From Tubulanus polymorphus (taxonomy: Eukaryota; Animalia; Nemertea): a stretch of 64,000 bases of DNA. This document shows positions 24,731 through 37,214 of the stretch, in pieces. The translations under genes were made by a program, and so were the position numbers. Below the pieces are notes generated by a model that saw only the letters and a program-made list of their open reading frames with translations, did not search any database and had not been told where the DNA came from. The stretch lies in NCBI RefSeq assembly GCF_964204645.1, contig NC_134030.1, forward strand, positions 6,180,778 through 6,244,777. Direction: 5' to 3'. Every line of letters begins with the position of its first letter. Within the stretch, counting starts at the first letter, position 1.

Positions 24731-27081
24731 CTATAAAGTAGCAGTAACTAAGTGACAACCGGTGTCTAATTTAGCTTTTCTCGCCTCTTCTCGAGCTTTC
24801 TTACGTTCGGCTCGACGTTGCTTAATCTGTTGTTGAAGCAGGAAAACTTGCGCGCGACACAGATTCACTTTCAGCGGTTGATAATCGGCCTGGTGAATCG
24901 TCGTGAAATCGTGTTTACCTTTACTCGCGATTGGTTTCGCTTCCGGTTTGAAACTTTCGCGAATTTCGGCGTTCTGCGGAACGGTGTACGTGCGATGAGT
25001 AGTCGATGTTACTTCGGCTAGTTTATCGATCTTGGGCATTACGGCGTATTTATAAGCCTCGTGGAAATCGCCCAACCTGTATCTCTGTTCAGGTTTATAT
25101 GCTTTAAACTGCTCCATGTAGTGCGTATTCTTCTCGAAGTTTCCTGCTTTTCCTCGTATCGCTTGACGCGGTGGTAGTGCTCGATTGTTTTGCGCATCGC
25201 TCAAATCTTTCGGTGTATATACAGCCTGAAAATAGAGAATTGTATTAGGTGGAGACATCCAGGGTGGCTACTTTTATTTGACTTGCTTTTTCCATGACAT
25301 GCACATTGTTTTCCCTAACTTGATCTGGTAAAATTGTTTGATTTTATACGCAATCTAAAATTTCCCTGACTTTTGGCTTTTTTTTACAAAATTCCCTCGC
25401 ATTTTTAAAGAAAAGATATTTTCAGGGTTTCGGGGATTTGCTTACACGTTGCCAAGTGACTCCATCCATTGGAACTGTTGGTGGTTCATAAGTATAATCG
25501 CCTAACTTTGCTGCTGGGGGTCGTTTGTGAACTGCGACATCATATCCTTGATATTGATTCATCTGTTCAGTTTCCAAATAAGATCTTAAGTGAAGAAGAA
25601 CAGAGTTAGATTATTGAATGAAAGAAATTCAATACAGAATTTGGCTTTCATTAGATGATTATATATTATTTACTTTCTGTTAAATCGTAGATCAATAGTT
25701 GTAGGCGCTGGTATAGCCATATCGGGTCTGAGCGGGTAGTGCTGCGTATAGTCCGGAAAATCGTACATCTGCTGGGTTTGACCCATGAATTTACCACGAT
25801 TTCCTATTCCCAGTTCGCTCTTCTGGTAAATACGTTCGGCTCTCTGAGCACCGTCGGGTATATCCTTATACGTGTCTCGATGTGTAGTTAACATATCCAG
25901 AGAACCTGATGTTGTAGACAACATATGAGAAATTAGTTGATTGAAAATCGTTGTATCGGGAAGCAGATTTATTAGACTCACCTTCGATCTTTAGGTTTCC
26001 ATCTTTCATTTTCATCATTTCTGGTTTAGGAGCATATGCCCCTGGAAAGGATTGTTGCATTTCTGTTTTCGGTACCCGAGTGCGGTCTGGATACAGTATT
26101 GAACCTAAAGACGCCATCAAATTGTTGTTCATCATACCTTCTTTTAAATTTTCAAAATTGATTTTTTCAGAATTTCTTCTTTACCTGTAAAAGTTGGTAA
26201 ATCCCCATATCTATAATTGATTGGTGGTGTCCAGGTTTTGAAGGTTTCTTTATTCGTAGTTCGATCGTCAAATAATCCTGGTGTCCTCCTAGCAAAACAA
26301 AAACAGCAAACTCATGAAAAAAGGTTATTGGAGTATTATCCAAACATATCAATCCTATATGTTCACATACTTGCGCCGCCCTCTGTGAGCTCCTTTTTGA
26401 ACGACGTAATGTTCAGGCTCCTGCTCTTTCGGAGTGTAGGTTTGTTGATAAAATGTTGTGCCATCAAATTTCACCTTTGGAGGTGTGTATTTTTGCTCCT
26501 AGAAGATATTTCATTTTTATTCATGAGTACCGTATGCAGACAATCAATTTCAACAGAAATCCAGGGATTGGTAAAATGATGTTTAAGATACTGTAGGCCC
26601 TAATCTAAAAATGAAACAAACCTTTTGGAAACCTTCCGGTCTCTTGTGTTCATTGACATCGTGACCCTTATAATCTTTTCTTTGATTCGTATTGTAATCA
26701 CCAGGGGGCGGTAGAAAATGAGGGGTTGGAGGAGGACGTTTGCTAGATCGTGGTTTCTGAGGTTTAGCATGGAATGTTGACTGATAATCAGTCAGTGGAA
26801 TCTCTCCTGGTGGAAGTTTCGGTAGAGTTTGACGTCCTTTTTGGCAATCTTTATGATGAATGTGACGACTACAATTAGAAATTGCATCTGATAAATTATT
26901 CCAGTACTCGCAATGAGAAGATTTCCACCTCCATTCATCAAAATGTAGAGAAGACTTACCCGCAATCGCAGAGTTCACAGTAACATTTTACATCAGGAAA
27001 TTCTTGCATCAAAATCTCCAGCTCAGATTCATGTAAAGAACTGGCAGTTGAAGGCACCGACTCACATGTTTTTGGTGCCAT
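24731..27081 (-). CDS. Stabilizer of axonemal microtubules (SAXO/FAM154)-like protein
   Basis: ATG at 27081; N-terminal KCYCELCDCGRH motif across intron 1; repeated T-x3-4-(D/T)-Y/F microtubule-binding Mn-like motifs (TDYQSTF, TNQRKDY, TTHRDTY, STTHRTY, TIHQADY) over ~8 GT-AG exons; stop at 24731-24733. Confidence 0.8.
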
Positions 27082-27378
27082 TTTGATAAACTAAAAAAGT
27101 TTAAAAATTGATTGCAAAAATGATGTCGTATATCGACATTGTCATTGACTGTTGTTAGTTAAGGATTTCTAATAAAATGATGAAATTCATTAGCCTAGCC
27201 TAAATCAAAATCAAGGCGCTGCACATTAACACTATTTCTATTTGCACATAGGCCTACTATTTCGACTCGATACCTACTAAATTTAACAATTCCGATTTAT
27301 CTGAATATTCCACTGACCTGATTTATGCCGTGGTATTAAACAATAAATATATTCTCGAACTGTCAAATTAGCCTAGAT

Positions 27379-27394
27379 TGTTTACATTAGCAAC
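27379..27394. promoter_or_regulatory. Overlapping forkhead (TGTTTAC) and RFX X-box (GTTTACATTAGCAAC) element
   Basis: Lies in the 429-bp gap between the divergent start codons of two motile-cilia genes; second forkhead-like TAAACAA near 27337. Confidence 0.6.
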
Positions 27395-27510
27395 CCAAGC
27401 TGTGAATCAAGCACTGGGAAAACGGCGGAACTGGCCTCGGACACACTCGGAGCGGAACGGACGTGGCTGACGGCTGAGCGCGGGGAATTCGAGCGTCTGC
27501 ATTTTTGAAA

Positions 27511-30500
27511 ATGGCGATGATGATGATGATGTACGACGAAATCGATTCAAGCGATGATGCCTCTATTCGCGGCAACTTTCAAGGCTATTTCGCCGAAGGA
27601 GAGTCTTTATATCAGCACAGAGATTACGAAAAAGCCGCTCAAAGTTATACAACGGTAGGTTTTTATTGCAACTGGCAATGAGGACCCCTTTCGTAAATCT
27701 TATTAAATAAAGAAGGGAGAAACCCATCAACAATGCCAACTTTGCAGTACTGTTTAAAAGATCAATAATAAATTCAGAGATTCTTTCAATAAATCAATAA
27801 TTTTTAGGCTTTAGAATTCAAGCCACTGGATCGCGAGTGTTTGGTGGCCAGATCGAAATGCTGGCTCCAAATTGGAGAAGTTGAAAAGGCATTATCCGAC
27901 GCAGAGGAATCGTTATGCGGCGAAAATAAAACTTATCATAAAGTAACTCTGAATTTTCATTTTTTAATCTTATTCAGTATCTCGAGAATTCAGAAATTCA
28001 ACTTGTTGATGTAAATTTGAAAACGTTGTAGTTTCACATCTCTGGAATCTACCTAATAGTTAGTTACCTAATCGTTGGTGGTAAGCTTTTTATAATCGGA
28101 TCGGCTTATACCAACGTATATGTAGTTTGTGAAAATATCCGATCGTGAAACTAAACCACAGACAGGTTACTGACTAGAATCTACCCTAACTATTATTAGA
28201 CGTTTCGGCACATCCTGCTATGGTCCCTAGATCAGCTAATCAGTCATCATATTGATATCCACGGAAATAGTATATTCCACCTGTCTTGATATTCAGTGAT
28301 TGATATTCTATGACTTCAGGGTTTATACCAGAAAGCTGAAGTATTGTATAGTATGGGTGAATTTGAGTTGGCGTTAGTATTCTATCATCGGGGCCACAAA
28401 CTGCGTCCAGAACTCAGCGAATTTAGACTCGGAATACAAAAGGCGCAAGAAGCGATCACTAACGCATGCGGCTGCCCGCAAAAACTGAAACTTACGAAAG
28501 ATGGCGATCTTTCTTTTTATAAACAGCACAAGGTAATTCCATCAAAAATACCGTATTGATAAAAAGCTCTCGTGTCAAATAATGAAGATTTCTTGACAAG
28601 TCTTGGCACGTAGGTAGGGACAACTTGTTATCTAAAAAAATTATTTCGAATGGCCCTTTTTGATTTAGAACGACAATGCTCGGAGTTTCGCTGTTTACGC
28701 GTCAGCGATGCGCTCCCATCATAATAGTAGAGCTAATACAACCAGTCGGCATCGGTCAACAACCGGTCGAGATGTGAAACCAGCCGAAAACCAGAAAACT
28801 GTCGAAACATTGCTGGGTGAAATGTACGGTGATAAACTGTTTCTAGAAAAACTACTGAGCGAGACCAGCAAGGGTAAGCCAACTCCCGTATCAGAGTTAA
28901 AACGAACTTCCGGATGAACTAAGCATTCAGCGGATTGGGGTGGTCACGGGGATCCGAACCTACGTCTTTTCACTAAGGTTGCCGTTTCTTCAACCAGAAA
29001 TAGATACTTGACCTACAGATTTGACACTTATCCTATTGGAAATCGCATCTTTTTTTGTTCATTTCTTTTTTAAAAAAGTCACCAGACATGGCTGCTTTAT
29101 CCAAGAAATGCATTTTTGTGTGGACCCCGGCCCTCCAATTTTCCTAGATTCGCCTCTGCTCCTCAGCTGGCGGGAACTTTTAATATTCGTTTACAGTTAG
29201 TATTGTCAAAGGAGATTACGATGGTAAAATACAAGAGGCGATCAAAGACGGACTTCGTTATTTGGATTCGAGAACGGAATTTTGGAGACAACAGAAACCG
29301 ATCTACGCTCGGAGATTTGAACGACAGGATCAGAGAAGGCAGTTTACAGTACCAGGCTCACATCAATGTTACGCTATTACAGAAATAGAACGTATCGATC
29401 AAGGTTCGATTATCTGTGGTTTTCAAACTTTTTTGCAGCTTCGGGGTTTCCTTAAACGGGATTTTTCTGTATCATAGCTTTGGAAATGCACCAGCCCAGC
29501 GAGGCGCTGAAACGGGCTCGTGCTTGTCTGAAAACGGCTGGTAGTTGGACCCTGTCTCAGTGTCCTCGTCTACCGGAGATCAGGGCTAATCTACACAGTT
29601 TGATCGGTAACGCTTATCTGGAGATGGATAACTTTAAACTGGCTTTATTTCATCACAGACGAGACAGAGAAATATCGTCACAAATGTAAATATCGGAAGT
29701 TTTTTAGTTTTTATTCGCCCTTACGCGTGAAGTGGTCCTAAAGAAACTTATATGTTTTTGTTATTTTCTATATGATAAAGCTGCTGCGAAGAAGGACTAT
29801 CTCGTAGTTTAGACAATATTGGACGCGTTTTCGCCAGATGTGGTCAATTTGAACAAGCTATTACTGTGTAAGTCTCCTAGGACAACCGTTTCATTAAAGG
29901 GTAATACGTAAAAAGAGTCCACTGGCTCTAGCCCTGGGCGCAAAAACACAAAGCATATGCAAAGCTAAAGCTTCACAAATACATTTGAATAATACGTTGG
30001 CAAAATTATTGAATTGTCTATAGTTACTGATTGATACTACATGTATGAGCTTACCCCAAAATCCAGAATTTTCAATATATGATTTATATTTACAATTTCC
30101 TACTCTTTTACGCGTTGAAATACCTATTTCATAAGAAAATACAAACTCAGAATCCTGTTGAGTTTCCGTCGGCGATTTTCTCAACATTGTCGACCACTTT
30201 CTGTAATACTCACTAGAGAATCTTTTTCTTTGCTCAGGAACTACCCCATATACACATGTATAATCTCTCTCTATATGATTTGACTTAAAGATGGGAAGAG
30301 AAGAAACCGCTTGTGAAGGGTAGTCTTGAACAGGCTTGGATCAGCCATGAATTAGGCCGCTGTTATTTGGAACTGAAGGATTTCGACAGCGCTAAAACCT
30401 ACGGCGAAAAGGCTTTGCTATCAGCACGGGAGGCCGGCGATAACGTATGGTGCATGAACGCTTGGGTTCTTCTCGCTCAAAGTCATGGTGAATATTATTC

Positions 30501-30788
30501 AAACTTCTTTACCATTACCAGTATTTTTAGTTGAAAAGCCAGGAAATAAAATAGAAATACTCCGTCTTAGAAATTGCATGAGATTTCCTTAGAAAATGTA
30601 TTTGCCAGGTACTTTGTATACATATATTATATTATAATTTTTCAGTTAGATTACAGGATTACGGACCTGCTGTTGAGGCATTTGAAGAAGCTCTTAGACT
30701 TGCTAAATTACTGGAGGATTGCCCCGCTATACAAGCTATATCATGCGCAGTCGATCAATTGAATAAATCAGTCAAACAGTGCTCTTAA
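27511..30788 (+). CDS. ODAD4: Outer dynein arm docking complex subunit 4 (TTC25)-like TPR protein
   Basis: About 9 GT-AG exons; signature peptides MGEFELALVFYHRGHKLRPELSEFRLGIQKAQEAI, LLGEMYGDKLFLEKLL, YLDSRTEFWRQQKPIYAR, SRSLDNIGRVFAR, WISHELGRCYLE; stop TAA 30786-30788. Confidence 0.92.
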
Positions 30789-31782
30789 TTCTGGGTATCT
30801 GACTCTAGACCAGCGGCCCCCGCTGTTCCACAGTTCTGAGTTGACATTTGTGTTTATTGGCTTTATCGATAGAAATGATTTTTCTAAATTTCGAATGTAA
30901 CTGTCTCAGAACTGTGCAACTGAACCGTCCCATGCAAATGTGTAAATGATCACGTTTGGCCCAATATTTGAGAAGAAAGTTAGCAGTCATATTCTATTGG
31001 TTATTTATAAAATGTTTTTCGTCAATCGTTATCGTTTTCTAAAATTTCAATTGTGATGAACGAAAGAATAAACTGTTTTCCCCGTTGCTAAATAAACCGA
31101 ATATGTAGAAGTTTCTCGTCGTCGGTTATTTCTGCATGGAAATCGCTTCTCGTCTTGACCGTAACAGAAACAGTAACAGAAATGGGGCTCGTCCGGAAAA
31201 GTGTCAGGAAAGATGAGAAAATTAGCGAAGAATTGTTCAACGGGTCGGACAGCCTACGTTTAAGGGACTGTGCTAGTCGGTACTCCTTTGCTCAGCCCCT
31301 GTCCGGGGCCCCGTTAAGTAACTTGTGAATTATTGTTGCGAAAATTGGGCCACCGAAAGTGCGGATATGAGAATTTCGTATATTCTCCGGGTTTCGCAAC
31401 CGTTGTTAAATGTGCTAAACTGGTGCTCAGTCCCGTTAACTTTCTGTGAAATTATTGTTGCGAAAATGGCCACCGAAAAAGTGGGGTTGTTTGTGGAAAA
31501 TTCCGGTTGGGAATCGTTCGATAGTCTTATAAAGACTGATTTATTGCACGTGTTGGCTAGTCGTTATGAATTTGAAAAAAAAACGTATTTACTAAGATAA
31601 ATATTCTTAGAATAGTGTAATGGAATCGTTTACTGATATTTTTTGAGTTATTACAACTCACTTTTGTAAGGGGCGTGTTACGTACCCAAAGTGTGCATTT
31701 AAATTCTGTTTGCATCATCAAAAATACATACGCATTTTTGGTATTATGCATTTCCAATGGTTCCACGGACTAAACTAAGTCG

Positions 31783-31834
31783 AAATTCGACATAATAAGT
31801 AATTCGACTTGATTCGACTTATTATGTCGAATTT
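31783..31834. repeat. Short palindrome built from TTCGAC/GTCGAA words
   Basis: 18-bp perfect inverted repeat AAATTCGACATAATAAGT / ACTTATTATGTCGAATTT. Confidence 0.7.
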
Positions 31835-31924
31835 AAGTCGAAATTGTGGAAAAATTATCTCGTACCCGATGTGACACCAAGTGGCTTCCGTAATATACAG
31901 TATTGAAGTTTGCATTACTCTTGT

Positions 31925-32095
31925 GAAGACCGGTTACCGGTCATCTTCACCCGTCAAGGGATTCGAACCCACTACGCTAAAGCTGTTCGCCGAACTTGTG
32001 GAAGCGAGTTCGGGGTGATACCGGCCCCTGGCAAGCGAGGATGCGGTGACTGATGACTGCGTCACGGATAGACTGGTTGCCGGTCTATACCTATT
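31925..32095 (-). mobile_element. tRNA-derived SINE-like element
   Basis: Minus-strand B-box/T-arm GTGGGTTCGAATCCC at ~31958-31972, A-box-like TGACGCAGTCATCAG ~90 nt upstream; related B-box fragments at ~8000, ~9925, ~11045 and ~28950. Confidence 0.5.
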
Positions 32096-33274
32096 CTGAC
32101 GACTGCGAATGCAGGTGGCGCAGAATTCGACAGGCGACCAGTCTACGTCACGGAATATGAAAGGTGCGATTATGCAAATATGGAGTGGATTGTGTTGTAT
32201 TGTATCGTTGTACAGAGAAGTCGAACTATAGTCATTCAACTGGAACCAGTGTACCGATTCCTGCTGGTAATTTTCCACTGGTCATTTCAAAGCATGCCGA
32301 CGTCGACTCTCAACTCAGAAGATTGGTGCTGCTGGTGCTGTTTTCTATAATTATCAATAAAAATAAAATGAACTTATTAGTCTACTACTACCTGCCTGCT
32401 AATAGTAATATAGTAATTAGCTTCTTCAGGGCAACCACATTCAAACTGGTAAGTTTGGGCTTATTGCAATCTCAAAAACAGGTTCCATGAATGTGGGAAA
32501 AAGAAATATCTAAAAAAAAGTTTATAGGGATCAAAATTTTTTGGGATTCATCCACAGATTTGTTTTTTTTTGGAATCACGATGTCAAAAAGATTTCAAGG
32601 GAAATAAGCAAAACCCGTAGTTGATGATTTAATGATTTTTCTGCCAGTTTCGAAGTTTTTCATCTTCAGATGAATGAAATTTTTTTCGTTTCTCTGATGA
32701 ATATCTCAGGGATTGGATTTTTGTGATAAAATTTTTGATTGTTGAATTTTTTTCTAAATTTCCAAATTGGTCTCTGATCACTAGGGTCGATACAATTTAT
32801 AAGAGAACGGAGTTCGACGCAGGTACAAAAAATGGGTTTCGAAATTAAAGAGGTAAGAAAATGTGTTCAGTATACCCGCTGTATTTAGTTGTTGAATTTG
32901 TCCTAGATCTTAAATCCGATGATTGAAGTTGGATGATTCTATTGATTCAAGATTTTTTTTTTAATTCGACATTTTGTTTTTCAGATCCTAAGATTTAAGG
33001 TTGGTTCATCGATAGTCTACCAGTTGTTACTGTTTCCCCTACAGTACAACTGTTTAGGGAACAATGGCTAGGCCCGGGGTACCAGTACTAGACTAGGTTC
33101 ATCGCTTACCTACCGCTGGTTATCACTATAACACGGCAATGGCCGACAAAGGAATTTTTAGAGGTAAGCACGATAAGCTAATATAAAAGCCAAAAACTTC
33201 TTTGGAAAATGGTTTTGACTGTGGTGTGGTACCGTTACTTGAAAATATAAAGTACTCGTATCCGAAGTTGTCTA

Positions 33275-33565
33275 AGGCGTTTTTACGAGTATCCGATTTT
33301 TACAATCGATTCCGTGAATGATTTGCTCCGATTGTGCGATCGAATGAGATGTTCGTGAAAATGACGATGGTTTTGGGCTGATCACATGACATAAATATGG
33401 CGACGTTTAGAAAAAGATGGTATTAACTACCCGGTGCGGCCGTCTTGGAAATCAAATCGCTTGCCGAGCGAGTTGGTCGATGGCGGAAATCGATCGGAAA
33501 ATTGTGTTCTTAAAAACGTCGATCGTGAAATTGATCGCAAAAATCGGATGTTCGTAAAAATACCT
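33275..33565. mobile_element. MITE with ~37-bp imperfect TIRs (possibly PIF/Harbinger-like)
   Basis: AGGCGTTTTTACGAGTATCCGATTTTTACAATCGATT versus the reverse complement of AATTGATCGCAAAAATCGGATGTTCGTAAAAATACCT. Confidence 0.7.
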
Positions 33566-34289
33566 ACAATTTTGGGAAAATAATTCAGTGCTTTCGCCGC
33601 ATACGACGAAATGAAGAATGAAATCTTTAAACGAAATTCAATTGTTTATTTCAGGCGTTCAGTTTGAGGTTTGTATCGTAAACTTGTTAGGCGCTAGGTG
33701 CACATTCTAGGATTAGCCTACATCAGTTCGGGACGGAAATACAGCGTCTGAGGAATCTGCACCAGACGTACGTATCTCACCTCTCCCCGATGCGCATCTG
33801 TTGCTGAAATAAAATCTGTAAGAATAATTTTTGTGTATTTTCTTTTTGTACAGTGTATTACAAGTCAGGACGTGCGACCAACCGTGTCACGGAATACGAA
33901 AGGAAATGATTGCTGATGGTGTTGTAGTATTGTTGTACGGAGAACTAGAATATGGTATGCTATTTTTGATTTATTGGTTTAACTTCTCTTTTCATCGGAA
34001 CGTCAGGAAAATTCGCTATTTTTCTAAGATGTCCGTCACGTTATGAGACCGACTTTTTCAATACCGTACCGCTGAAAAGTAGCACTACTAACACCTATCT
34101 ACACTGCCGTACTTTTATCTTTCTCCACAACTCGCAAGTAGATTTGAAAACAACTTTTTCATCAATTATTTCTCAATCCTAAAGCTATACTACCTTGATA
34201 GAACGGAAAAGACGTCCCCCAATCAATGTTGCCATCTCTACAAATCGGATAGGTGACAGTTGAATACTATGTTGGAGCATGGGCTCGTA

Positions 34290-34545
34290 AACTGGCTTGC
34301 ATTTATTTTCGTTTTGTTAATAATCTTGCAATTATGGTGCTAAATGTAAACTGCAAATAAATTTGAAATATAATGCCTCACTATATGACATGGTGACCGC
34401 CAGTTACTGATCCGTTACGGCCAATTGTTTATTGGAACTCAAATTGATGTAAATGGTATTTCTGTCATATTTCAAATTTATTTGCAATTCAAATTTAGCG
34501 CCATTCTTACGAGATTATCAACAACCTGGAAATGAAGCCAGAAGC
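34290..34545. mobile_element. Fold-back element with ~80-bp imperfect inverted arms
   Basis: TGCAAATAAATTTGAAATAT / ATATTTCAAATTTATTTGCA perfect core, with pairing extending outward (ATGGTGCTAAAT / ATTTAGCGCCAT; TAATCTTG / CGAGATTA). Confidence 0.65.
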
Positions 34546-34869
34546 TCTTGCGGTGATTGCGATAGGTTGATGACCGCTGAAATAGGGGATTCACTGGATT
34601 GTTTTTGTCCGGAGTAAGAGTACCAAACGCAGTGGGGGATTCCCTTCAATACTCAGTTCAAATATACTGGCATTCCTGTACTGGAATACCCCTCCTTACT
34701 AATGTTTTGATAATTTAGAAAGTTTGGTTGGGTTTGATGGGTGAAACCACATCAATGCGTGGCTAAGTAAGATTTCCCATTACACACTCCAGTACCCACA
34801 GCTTTCATATATCCATCCAAATATTTAGTGGCTTTCTTCCTGGATTAACATGTTTACTTATGAACTTAA

Positions 34870-35890
34870 CGATTAAATGTCTTGTTTATGCTATAGGATA
34901 TGGAATATTTTGGAAGAGTGGACTCAACACAGGAGATCTACCCCTAGATTGGAAGTTGGCAATGGTTACACTGGTCTTCAACAGGGGACAGGCGCCTGTC
35001 AGAAAAAATCAGGCCAGTATGAAAAAAATATGATAAAAATTTGGCACAAATTCCAGGCACAAACACACTGGGCATACACCATGTCAAAGACTAAAACAGG
35101 CATGCCAAGGTTACGGTATCGGTCCAAAACTTGCTTCAACCAGTCAACAAGGACCAATACTTGAAACTCTACAAAAGTGCAGAAAAGGCAGTCATGTCAG
35201 TCTATAATTCAAATATCCTTATCGTTGAAGACTTACACCTACCAGGATGGGACTGAAACAAAATGGAACTAAAGCCAGGTACCACTCAAATACATCACAA
35301 TTTCCTGGAAATGTTGAATGACCATGGCCGGACTCGGATAGAAGAACCCACCTATGACGAAAATACCCTTGATCCAACACTGCAACACTCGTCCAATAAT
35401 GAGCGGACACCATGCCAGGAATATCAGATGTCGTGTACACTGAGATTAATATCTAACGCTCTCATGCAAACTTAACACCCCCGAAGATACCCTAGTACAT
35501 ACAACATAGCAAACTTGGAAAGTGACAGGATAAGTCCACGCATAGTGGGGTTCAAATAACCAAGATTTTCAGCAACAGTAAGTGAACTGAGGATCTGTTG
35601 ATAAACTTATGAAAACAACTAGAGGAAATCATGTCCAAAAACATTCTTTACAAAACTTCCATGCAAAACGACAGCGAACCATGGATAGACCAAGCTCTTT
35701 GCCGATGGATCGAACAATCTGATCGTCTCTACAGCGAGATGATGAAATCTGGCCAACCTGAACGTAGAGTAGAATACAAAAACGGTAGACCAACAGTGCA
35801 ATGAGACATCAGGAGAGCTTACTGGAAATATATCGAAACCGAATGTACGAATGTCAGGGCTGCCAACTAACCAGTTCTCATGTCTCAAGA
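34870..35890 (+). pseudogene. Decayed non-LTR retrotransposon (CR1/L2-like) ORF2 fragments, copy A
   Basis: IFWKSGLNTGDLPLDWKLAMVTLVFNRG resembles the pre-RT 'G-x-x-P-x-x-W-K-x-A-x-V-x-P-x-F-K-K-G' motif; FLEMLNDHG..IEEPTYDENTLD resembles the APE endonuclease C-terminal motif; many stops and frameshifts. Confidence 0.65.
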
Positions 35891-37214
35891 AACTTGGTAA
35901 CCCTGGGCTGTGAATACTGGTTTTTTCGTCAAGGAGAATGAATCAAGATCCTTATGACTTGATTATGTAGTTTTATGGGGTAAGATGGTATTCCCTGAGC
36001 CGAGTTAATTGCGCTCAGTAGAGGTAGCATCATATTGGTTTCTGGTATTTGGAAGCCATTTTTGTATTTTTCATAATTTCCAGGCTCTAACTAGTAGCCA
36101 GTTTAAGATAAGTAGGTAAAACTGTAGGGACTAGGAGTCACGACCGATGAAATCTTAGGTACTTTGCTGGTTCTAATTTAGTTTAGTTAATAAACGGTTT
36201 GAGCTAACTTGGTAAAATTAAATGGACAGGTTGTGCTAGGGAGTGAAAAACCACACAAGGATTAAAAGTTGTAGGGCTACGGGCAATGTTGCTGGAAGCA
36301 TATTTGTATTTTTCATTTCAGAGCTCTGTATCATAGCCAGTTTGAAATAAAACTGTAGGGACTAGGAGTGAACGATTGAATTTTAGGTACAGTAGGTCTT
36401 AGGTCAAGGTAACTGGAAGCCATTTTGAATTTCTCGTCTTTTATCAACAGTTACTCTTCAACTGCTGTTATCATTGACTGTTCGCTAGCAAGTTAGATAA
36501 AATCAAAATTACTGGACCATTACATGTCATTGATTGGATGCTTCCAAATGACTGGTGGTGGCGCTTCATGCTCTCCCAGCACATCTATTTAAACTCTATT
36601 CTGTCAACTAACTTACATCATCGGCCAAAAGGGGGTTTTCAATCTGAGATATGTATATGGCATATTCGTTACAGGGCAAATTAATTCGAGGTACCTGGTA
36701 TGCTAGTGAAGAGTTGATGACAGTAGTTTTTTTTTAAGTTAATGATTGAAGGGCATCCCGGGGAAAAAGAATCAAAAAGCTGGTAAAAGCAAGCTAGCTG
36801 GTTACCTTGTACTTCAATTATCATTAATGTTTGAAGTATGTAGTTACAACCTCTCCCAATGAATAGGGGAAAAATAGGAAAGGTGCTTTTTGAAGGTGAA
36901 TTAAACAAATTTTCATAAGGAGCTATTATGGATTGCATCCCCATTGTCCTTTCCCTTTTTTACAATCTGATGCTGAAATCTGGTTATGAAATTGTATTAT
37001 TTTGTATTATTATATCTTTTGTAAATAGGAGATAATTGAAGAAATGTAATATTATTATACATTCCTTCATCTCTCCAACATTTCCAACAGCTGCAGTTAA
37101 ACCACAAAACTACAATTCATATCATAAGTATCTTAAGTCATTCTCCTATGGAGGATCCGGTATTCACAGGCCATGGATATCCAAGTTCGTGAGATCAACA
37201 GGTGTTGGACCCGA

